From positions 5,484-69,483 of the IMG/VR virus record IMGVR_UViG_3300026097_001418: 64,000 nt of DNA. One strand, 5' to 3'. Below the pieces are notes generated by a model that saw nothing but the letters and a program-made list of their open reading frames with translations, did not search any database and was not told the DNA's origin. The translations under genes and the position numbers were made by a program. The stretch is from a virus. Below, piece after piece: positions 56,838 to 64,000 of this stretch. How positions within the stretch are numbered: the stretch's first letter is position 1; each line of letters starts with the position of its first letter.

Positions 56838-57290
56838 TTAACTAGCAGTCGTGTATATTATAGAGACTGGAATTCCTTCTATAGCATCTAACGCAACTAC
56901 TTGTTTTATATGGTAATTTAAGACATAGCGGCTATCTACTACTAGCCAATAAGTTGATGATTTGTTTTCATCAACTATAGACATATGTATCTCAAATGTG
57001 GACTTCATAAACCGCTGTGTTAACTGAAAAGTATACAGCATACCTAACACGATTGCAAGATCATCGAACCGTCCATCGAGAATTAAGTGCCAAGGATCTG
57101 GCCACGAATTTGACTTATGAGGATTTAAAAAAGTACTAACAAATGGTGCATGACTCCAAAGTTCAGCAACATCTTCTAACGGTGTTGCACTGCTTTCTAT
57201 AGCGTCACGAAACTGTTTCCATTCTACTAGTCTTTCATTCGGATGAGAATTAAACACCGTAGCTGATCGAATAGCTGATTGTACCTTCAA
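56838..57290 (-). CDS. hypothetical protein
   Basis: RL.EWK.FR...WPDPW.L; true start probably the GTG near 57258. Confidence 0.6.
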   Translation of the reverse strand: MKVQSAIRSATVFNSHPNERLVEWKQFRDAIESSATPLEDVAELWSHAPFVSTFLNPHKSNSWPDPWHLILDGRFDDLAIVLGMLYTFQLTQRFMKSTFEIHMSIVDENKSSTYWLVVDSRYVLNYHIKQVVALDAIEGIPVSIIYTTAS

Positions 57291-58884
57291 GACCGCTACT
57301 GATAGGATTTACATATTTCAGCACCAATGTTTCAAAATCACCTATAGCACTATTGTCTTGTATGTCTACTGTAAATTGAAAATTAGTCAAAGCATCTCCT
57401 CCTGCATCGGTAGTAGTTGACGACGAATAATGAAAATTATCTGCAAACGAAATTGGAGTATTAGTACTGTCTGCTCTACGAACATCATCAACACAGATTA
57501 CTATTCGACCTGCTCTAGAAAAATTTCCTAGTTTAAGACTGTAATCAATATATGTATAATTATTCAGAGCACTAAGTACAGACAGCGGTTTGAAACTATC
57601 GGACAATGATATATCCGAAAAATTCATATTAACAAAACTTGTTTTACTTGAATTACGTACTTCAGTAACCGCCGTTGTTGTGTCATTAGAAACAAATCCG
57701 GCAAACTGGTGCCTATCGGTAGTGCAATCTATAACGAGGTTGTTAAACTGTTCTTCAAAATAAACAATCTCTGTTACAGGTGTTTCGGCAGTACCGGCAG
57801 CATTTCCACAGTTAACAAACTTAGATCTCTGTATCAGTGTTCCTCTACCGTTTGACGACACAAACGCTCTACTGGCTATTTCATTAAATTCGCAATCGAC
57901 TATTTGCCATTTGTTTCCTTGTCCGGCGATTCCGTTAACTAGTATTCCAGTATCACAGGTATCAAATGTGCAATTTTCAAAAGTTATATCAGTATCAAAT
58001 ATAGGCGGATTCGACGAGTCAACTGTAATTTGATCAGATCGAACTGCTAGTACAGTTGATTCAAATGTGCAATTTACAAATTTAACATCTGTTACTCTGG
58101 TGCCAAATAGACTATTTTCCCAAAAGACACTAGCCGGATGGAAACTAACATCACTGACAGAATCTCCGTAAATACTATCAACAGTGTCGCCAAGTGTATA
58201 GTCACTGACAAACCTAACATTATTGAACTCACTTTGAGTTAGACCTGTTATAACAGTTTGTCCTGTAGTATGTTGAATGGTTAAATTACTGATGTTAATG
58301 TTTCGTGGACGATTAGAGCTGATAAAATCAGATACACCTTCTCCGTCTTCGGTAATGAATAATATATTATTTTCACCTATGTTCAAGACTGATCCTAGGT
58401 GAGTTTCGCCTCTAATGATTACACTGCTAGGTAAAAAAAGATTACTTGAAAATAAGTATTCTCCATTTGGAATTTTGAGAACTTTTTTAAATTTAGGATC
58501 AACATTGCTGAAAAGTTGTCTCACAGCGTCATTGACAGCTGAAGTAACATCGGTCACCCCATCACCAATAGCGCCGAAGTCGGCTATGCTTACTTCGATT
58601 TCGTCAATTTTACTTTGTAGTGATCGAGGTATGCTTGATGTTATTGACGCATCATCTGAAGCATATTGATAACTTGAAGATAATTCCAAGATGTTATCAT
58701 GCTCTGTTAAGATTTTGGTATTTCCAACATAGGGTGCTCCTTCAGCAACGGATCCGTTGCCGATATATAATTCTTGCGTATCAACCGCCCAGGCAAATTC
58801 AGCCGAACTTAATTGTGGAACACCGATTCCTGAATTCTTCAGTCCGCGTCTGACCTGAATTTTCGAGATTTGAATTACCGACAC
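57250..58884 (-). CDS. virion protein with a pectin-lyase-like beta-helix
   Basis: QISKIQVRRG...ELYIGNG N-terminus; DFGAIGDGVTD; beta-helix-type repeats. Confidence 0.75.
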   Translation of the reverse strand: MSVIQISKIQVRRGLKNSGIGVPQLSSAEFAWAVDTQELYIGNGSVAEGAPYVGNTKILTEHDNILELSSSYQYASDDASITSSIPRSLQSKIDEIEVSIADFGAIGDGVTDVTSAVNDAVRQLFSNVDPKFKKVLKIPNGEYLFSSNLFLPSSVIIRGETHLGSVLNIGENNILFITEDGEGVSDFISSNRPRNINISNLTIQHTTGQTVITGLTQSEFNNVRFVSDYTLGDTVDSIYGDSVSDVSFHPASVFWENSLFGTRVTDVKFVNCTFESTVLAVRSDQITVDSSNPPIFDTDITFENCTFDTCDTGILVNGIAGQGNKWQIVDCEFNEIASRAFVSSNGRGTLIQRSKFVNCGNAAGTAETPVTEIVYFEEQFNNLVIDCTTDRHQFAGFVSNDTTTAVTEVRNSSKTSFVNMNFSDISLSDSFKPLSVLSALNNYTYIDYSLKLGNFSRAGRIVICVDDVRRADSTNTPISFADNFHYSSSTTTDAGGDALTNFQFTVDIQDNSAIGDFETLVLKYVNPISSGLEGTISYSISYGV

Positions 58885-58994
58885 TATAGTTCTCCTGAAT
58901 TTACTTTATAGTATATTTATCTCCAAACATGCTTACTGCTTGCTGAGCTCTATAGTTCTGTAAGTGTCTAATGAACGGTATGAAATATTAACTA

Positions 58995-59744
58995 CTACAC
59001 TAGATATTGTTTTAACCCTTGCAGCCCTGTAGTGTAGTACTCTTCTACTTTATTGAGCCACATGTCTTGATATTTGTTAAAATCTTGAGGCAACAGATCA
59101 AATTGTTGATACTGCTCACCGCCTGGTTGCATGCCGTCTGTTCCACGACTTACCATAAAGATATGTCCTTGACGCATTTCAGTTCCATATACTTCGTTAT
59201 GTGCCATCATATAAGCCATTAACTGCAAGTAGTAGTCTTCAATCCATTCTGCTTTTTTAGGCTTGTTAGTCTGTTTAAAATCAGCAATGCAGGGATTTCC
59301 CTTGTATACACATACTAGGTCTGTAGTACCAGAATACAATCCTGGAAAGTAAAGACTTTGTTCCATAGCCCATACTTCGTCTACATTCACTAGTCCTTTT
59401 TCGATAATAACATCAGCCATGGCATTGGCTTTGACATGTACTGGATTATTGCCTGGTTGACGTTCCATGCCACACAGAAATCTTTCTAGGTTGCTGTGGA
59501 GACCAGTTCCTACTCCTGCTGCTTCTGTAGTGATCTGCTGTGCTTTGGCGTATCCGACTCTTTTTTTCCATTCGTTAATATGCGTCATGTCTTTTGTTGC
59601 GCTGAGAATGGTAGTCACACTAGGCAACTTTTCACCGTCGGGTGTTAGGTAAACACGTTTTTTAGTCACAGGGTCGTTGATTTGCTTACAGTTTTTATAT
59701 TGAAACTGCTCTACAAATGGCGGGGGAGTGTATTCTAGATTCAT
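58995..59744 (-). CDS. PD-(D/E)xK exonuclease
   Basis: LPSVTTIL, GT.LH, GTTD...IADFKQ, QL.AY. Confidence 0.85.
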   Translation of the reverse strand: MNLEYTPPPFVEQFQYKNCKQINDPVTKKRVYLTPDGEKLPSVTTILSATKDMTHINEWKKRVGYAKAQQITTEAAGVGTGLHSNLERFLCGMERQPGNNPVHVKANAMADVIIEKGLVNVDEVWAMEQSLYFPGLYSGTTDLVCVYKGNPCIADFKQTNKPKKAEWIEDYYLQLMAYMMAHNEVYGTEMRQGHIFMVSRGTDGMQPGGEQYQQFDLLPQDFNKYQDMWLNKVEEYYTTGLQGLKQYLV

Positions 59745-59789
59745 ACTGTATATAGTACAGTGTTATTACAGTTATGTCAAGTATTGGTT

Positions 59790-60143
59790 TTACTTTGATA
59801 GATTTTTTTTGGCAGCACTGACAGCGGCTTTGTTTACTTTTTCTTGACTGTCTTCGCTGTCTTGTTTGGGTTGCTCAGCGTCAGGTGCTCCTGGGACGTC
59901 TAACTCAATACCATCAGCATTAAAGTTTTTTACCAAGCTTTGTAGTGCTGGATTAGCATCATACATGGCTTTAAATGTTTCGTAGTCAGCACCGAATTCA
60001 AAGCCGCTCGAGCGACTCATCTGTGCAATAGCATTCCAGTTTAACTTCGATGGGGCATTTTTACTAGATGCACGACCTATGAGATTTTTCAGCAATACCA
60101 TAAACCTATCTATGTCTGGCGTGTTAAATTCAAAAAATCTCAT
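59790..60143 (-). CDS. hypothetical protein (virion candidate)
   Basis: MRFFEF N-terminus. Confidence 0.6.
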   Translation of the reverse strand: MRFFEFNTPDIDRFMVLLKNLIGRASSKNAPSKLNWNAIAQMSRSSGFEFGADYETFKAMYDANPALQSLVKNFNADGIELDVPGAPDAEQPKQDSEDSQEKVNKAAVSAAKKNLSK

Positions 60144-60430
60144 GTCAATTGGCTTAATTGTTGTTGTAGATCACGTATTTCTGATTGAGTCTGCTGTCGC
60201 ATTTGAGTCATTTCTACTTTCTTTGCTCTTATTTGATCTTGTATTTCTTTACGTCGTGCTTGAGCATCAACTACCTGTTTTGCACCAAGAGCCTGTTGTG
60301 TATTAGGGTCCTGTGCTGATCCCATTGTTGGCATAGTTTTTTGAGGAGTCGGAGATGCCGTGGTAGTCGATGTACCAGGCATTAACTCCTTCAGTCTAAA
60401 ATCATTTTCAGATATTGATGCTAATTTCAT
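60140..60430 (-). CDS. Gln-rich coiled-coil hypothetical protein
   Basis: 96-aa coupled ORF. Confidence 0.55.
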   Translation of the reverse strand: MKLASISENDFRLKELMPGTSTTTASPTPQKTMPTMGSAQDPNTQQALGAKQVVDAQARRKEIQDQIRAKKVEMTQMRQQTQSEIRDLQQQLSQLT

Positions 60431-61485
60431 CCTGCTAACGCTTTTAATAAACGATTTTGAAAATCAATGCTTTCACGACGTTCACGACCAGCGCTTGAAG
60501 ATCCTCCAGCAGACGGTTCAGCAGCATCAAAATCATCTGCTGGTTCTTCTGGACCGATTTCTACATCACCGGTATTCATTGCATCCGGTTCTGTCATATC
60601 CATATCATCCATTCCTGGCTCTTCTGGTGCGCCTAACATGGCATCTGGAGATTCACCAGTTGCTAAATTTCTAACAGCTCCGGATACGCTTTCTCTTGCT
60701 GCCTTTAGTGTTTCTAATGCTGATTGGATAGTAGGAGCAACTGCTTCAATAAATTGTCGGCTCTGTTCCTGGCCCATTTCGTCACGGATACTGTCCCCTA
60801 ACTCCAGCATGGTTTCGTTTTCCATACCGCTTAATTCTTCAATCCAACGACCTAACCTATCTACCATAGAATTAGCAGTTACAATAGCACTGGCTTCGTC
60901 AATTTCACTTTCACGTAATTTTGTCATTTCAAGTTCCTTATTTTCTCTGAACGAATCATTAGATTCCATTTCTTTTTTGTCTGTTGCTACCATGTAATCT
61001 CTAGCAGTATCAATATAATCTTTTGCTAGGTTAATTTTCTTTTGTACCCACTCTGGTAAATTTTCGTCATCGTCAAGCAAGGCGCGAAGTTCTTCGGCAG
61101 CACTGTCAATTACGTGTAATTGTGTCTTTGCCATGTCACCTTCGTCGTCGTACTCGTTCCTGTCATACCCTTCGGAAGGATCTTGTGGCTCTTCATCAAG
61201 TTCTTTTTCAATATCATCAACTATGAATTCTTCACGCTGTGTGATTTCAGCATTTACTGCATCCAACATCCACTGTGCTTGAGTATAGGCTTCATTTTCA
61301 ATATTTTCGTTAAAACCTGATGAACTACGCTGTTGACTCAATTGAGTGCGTATTTTATTACGTGCATCTTGCAATTGGTCTAAGCTGAAACTTTCTAGAT
61401 TAATTTTCTTTCCGAAAATTTTCTCCATAGATTCATTGATTTTCTTTGCAGATCTACTAGTTTTAAAAAGGTCATTTGTGTTCAT
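60427..61485 (-). CDS. acidic head/scaffold-like protein
   Basis: Highly acidic; D.EG.MAK.QL...LPEWVQ.KI..A.DY module; ends GRERRES. Confidence 0.55.
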   Translation of the reverse strand: MNTNDLFKTSRSAKKINESMEKIFGKKINLESFSLDQLQDARNKIRTQLSQQRSSSGFNENIENEAYTQAQWMLDAVNAEITQREEFIVDDIEKELDEEPQDPSEGYDRNEYDDEGDMAKTQLHVIDSAAEELRALLDDDENLPEWVQKKINLAKDYIDTARDYMVATDKKEMESNDSFRENKELEMTKLRESEIDEASAIVTANSMVDRLGRWIEELSGMENETMLELGDSIRDEMGQEQSRQFIEAVAPTIQSALETLKAARESVSGAVRNLATGESPDAMLGAPEEPGMDDMDMTEPDAMNTGDVEIGPEEPADDFDAAEPSAGGSSSAGRERRESIDFQNRLLKALAG

Positions 61486-61516
61486 ATCAGGTTTCCGAAT
61501 TGATATTATATTTATA

Positions 61517-61945
61517 CTATAGAACAGACATTCGTTCTACTCTTTGCTTTGATTCAGCACATCGATCTCTACTTTCACAGTATCTGGCCCATAATATATC
61601 AGCTCGATCATATTGTAAATCAGCCAATGCACGGCTGTGATTTCGATAATGCAACTGACTGTCAATTAGCCAACGACCGTACTCTTGATCGAAAGAATAT
61701 AATTCTCTGCTTCTTGGGGTCTTTCCATAACGCACTAAATCGTTTGCCAGCTTTATAGCAGCGGCATTGAGATTAACTTCGCTGTATACTAGTTCGTCAA
61801 GCTTCCATAAATTTTTTAAATTATCTTGACTTTCAATCAACACATTGCCCACCAAAATTCCCTTGTTTGTTTTTACAGGAATTATTGGTGCTCGTTTAAT
61901 TGCTGTGTTTACTACCTGTTCTAGTTTTGAAACTAATTTTGTCAT
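61517..61945 (-). CDS. hypothetical protein
   Basis: 142-aa ORF. Confidence 0.6.
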   Translation of the reverse strand: MTKLVSKLEQVVNTAIKRAPIIPVKTNKGILVGNVLIESQDNLKNLWKLDELVYSEVNLNAAAIKLANDLVRYGKTPRSRELYSFDQEYGRWLIDSQLHYRNHSRALADLQYDRADILWARYCESRDRCAESKQRVERMSVL

Positions 61946-61991
61946 TAAAAAAGGACACTCCAGTGTCCTTTATTTAATCGTTGTGTTTTTA

Positions 61992-62231
61992 CTACCCTCT
62001 CATTAAGATTGTAATGACAACTGAAAGAATTCCTGCTGTGATTGTTCCTGCTGTTCCGACAATAACCTTAACTAGGCTCTTTTGTCCTAATACGATTTCT
62101 TCGTGCATACTATCAACTTTTTCTTCAAGATTAGTTAAACGCTTGTCTAATTGAGCATAGCGTAATGCACAAAGATCCACGTGTGCTTCTAAACTGGTTT
62201 TTTCTAATTCTGTAGGAGGCGTTGCGGCCAT
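61992..62231 (-). CDS. small coiled-coil protein with a C-terminal TM segment
   Basis: LEKTSLEAHVDLCALRY...; hydrophobic C-terminus. Confidence 0.6.
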   Translation of the reverse strand: MAATPPTELEKTSLEAHVDLCALRYAQLDKRLTNLEEKVDSMHEEIVLGQKSLVKVIVGTAGTITAGILSVVITILMRG

Positions 62232-62293
62232 ATATTTCTCCAAATATTATTAGTGAGATTACCGATATGCCTTAAATATGCCTTATGATTTAT

Positions 62294-62581
62294 TTATCTT
62301 TCTATGAGTTTTTTATATTCTTCAACTAGTTTTCTAACTTCTTTAACACCTGTGCGTATTTCAAAAACATTTTCTACAGTGCTTTGAGCAAATTCCCACA
62401 TGGATTTTATAACGATCATCACCCATATCCACCACGACACGCAGGTCAGCGCAATCACTACAAGACCAGAGTACGCAAGTGTGTGATCTTGACTGTAAAC
62501 TCCAAAAAGTGAAATCATCAATCCTGATAACAATGTGACGACGGAAAACACTATTACCAATTTCCAAAATATATTTCTCAT
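62294..62581 (-). CDS. two-TM membrane protein
   Basis: Hydrophobic helices; TAAATA box upstream. Confidence 0.55.
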   Translation of the reverse strand: MRNIFWKLVIVFSVVTLLSGLMISLFGVYSQDHTLAYSGLVVIALTCVSWWIWVMIVIKSMWEFAQSTVENVFEIRTGVKEVRKLVEEYKKLIER

Positions 62582-62616
62582 ACAAATATTTAACGGCGAC
62601 CGGCTAAAAATTTAAG

Positions 62617-63012
62617 TCATACTTTAATTTCTGCCCAAAGATTCATACGAGATCCTTGTGTTTCAAATACACAAGGATTTATGTCAATTGTTTCATCTAG
62701 CCCAGATATTATAGGAACATGATTCAAATCTTCTATCAATAGCCCTACTGGACCTTGACTATTGAGAAATACTTCTTCTCGCTCTACTATGAACTCCCAA
62801 GTCCAGTAAGCACCGTGCCCTTCGAAGGGTTCTGGTAATGCTCCTATAGTACGTACAGGATCAACATTCCACTCTATGTTACTACGTAGTCCAATTGCTT
62901 GCACCAGGCTGTTGAAATTAGCCTGTTGGCTTGTTTTCAGACTGTCTGTTTCTGAGCGATTGGGATTGGTTCTAGTAATGTCAACCAGAGAAATGATTCT
63001 ATACACAGGCAT
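62617..63012 (-). CDS. hypothetical protein
   Basis: LVDITRT...Q.NFNSL.Q.IGLRSN. Confidence 0.6.
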   Translation of the reverse strand: MPVYRIISLVDITRTNPNRSETDSLKTSQQANFNSLVQAIGLRSNIEWNVDPVRTIGALPEPFEGHGAYWTWEFIVEREEVFLNSQGPVGLLIEDLNHVPIISGLDETIDINPCVFETQGSRMNLWAEIKV

Positions 63013-63095
63013 AAGTGACAGTATTTAATGAGATAAAAAAAGAGCGGAAAAATTAATCTCCGCCCTTACCTTCCCATCCCTAGAAATTTACTAAC

Positions 63096-63512
63096 TTACT
63101 TGGCTGGTGTAAATACTGCTTCAACAGTAACAGTAGCACCGGTAGAACCTGCTGCATCTGTTGTGTCAAATGTGCCTGTACCTTGAACACGCATGAACAT
63201 GGTAGTAGTTGTTCCGCTTGCAAAGGCTGAACCGTCTGCTGTACCAATAGCAGCAACTGTAAATGCATCACCTGTATCAGCTGGTAAAGAACCGCTTGCG
63301 CCGCCTGCTTGTGTAACATTGTTACGAACTGCTTCTAGAACAGCATTGGTAATATTGCCACTACCACTCTTAACAACCTTAACAATCAACTCACGTCCAA
63401 CGTCAGCTTGGTTGATAACGTGCTTTAAGTAGTTGTCACCAAGTTCAGCAATACCTGTACCCGTGTTGTCTACTGTTTGAAATACTCCTGAACCATCTCT
63501 TAAGTCTGCCAT
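63096..63512 (-). CDS. probable virion structural protein
   Basis: G/A/T-rich; strong AAGGAG SD; TAAATA box upstream and terminator-like hairpin downstream. Confidence 0.55.
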   Translation of the reverse strand: MADLRDGSGVFQTVDNTGTGIAELGDNYLKHVINQADVGRELIVKVVKSGSGNITNAVLEAVRNNVTQAGGASGSLPADTGDAFTVAAIGTADGSAFASGTTTTMFMRVQGTGTFDTTDAAGSTGATVTVEAVFTPAK

Positions 63513-63611
63513 GATTTTCTCCTTATCTCTGAAATCTTGATCCCGCTCCGGGACCGGCTAACTGTATTTAGCATTTTGGAAAAAATAGGTGGTTTTAGGG
63601 CGTGTTTTTAA

Positions 63612-64000
63612 TCAAAAGTTAACAGAGTTCATCATGCGACGGAACCAACTGGGTGTTCCGATTTGCTGACTTTCAATTTTCACATACTGTTCTGGCAGTT
63701 CCACGCCCTGCTTGCCCAGTGCTTCACGTGCGTTGGCTACTAGTGCGTCATAGTTGGGCAGTTTCTTAATAAAGTCTAAGATAGCTTCAACACTTCTTGT
63801 ATCTTTAACTGTGGCTGTTTGTCCTAATAGAGTTTTGGCGATAAAGTTAAAGTCTTTGCCGTTGGGAAGAGTTTCGTTGGTTTCTGGATCCATTAATCCA
63901 TTCTTGAAGCTGTATTTGTAACCACGGGCTCTGGCAATGCTAGACAGCAGCATGTGTCTATGCTCGCCTCTGTAGGGGCTACCTTCTTTGCTGCCCAACA
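63612..64000 (-). CDS. 5'-truncated hypothetical protein
   Basis: ORF runs off the window end. Confidence 0.55.
   Translation of the reverse strand, partial: LGSKEGSPYRGEHRHMLLSSIARARGYKYSFKNGLMDPETNETLPNGKDFNFIAKTLLGQTATVKDTRSVEAILDFIKKLPNYDALVANAREALGKQGVELPEQYVKIESQQIGTPSWFRRMMNSVNF

Noticed and set aside
58995..59744. Cas4 indicating a CRISPR system
   Set aside because: It is a generic phage PD-(D/E)xK exonuclease with no C-terminal Cys cluster and no neighbouring cas genes.

Overview
This window is a 64-kb segment of a large (jumbo-type, T4-related) tailed phage genome, mostly coded on the minus strand in the standard genetic code. The porin, OmpA and tmRNA tag suggest a betaproteobacterial host; this is inference. 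Core and host-takeover genes include nrdA, nrdB, glutaredoxin, guaC, dnaK, hsp20, clpS, clpP, rpsU (bS21), an rpoZ (omega) homolog, a hemO-pcyX bilin cassette, rubrerythrin, a PAAR protein and tail-like proteins. There are 19 tRNA or tRNA-like genes in four groups, several non-canonical, plus a circularly permuted two-piece tmRNA (tag ANNEAFMLAA) and several unexplained structured RNAs. Visibly AT-rich islands carry five PP-loop ATPases, about six HxD/HxH...H dioxygenase-like proteins, a desaturase, a GNAT, a B12 radical SAM enzyme and two Tct transporter sets. The best candidate for an undescribed system is at 25023-25267 (minus strand) and is missed by the ORF track. A perfect sigma70 promoter precedes a 45-aa leader ORF containing all 20 amino acids. 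Its 3' end carries an antiterminator strand complementary to a downstream intrinsic terminator, directly ahead of an 8-tRNA array. This looks like a general translation-stress attenuator that turns on phage tRNAs when any host tRNA becomes limiting. All calls come from reading the sequence by eye; no database searches or folding computations were run.
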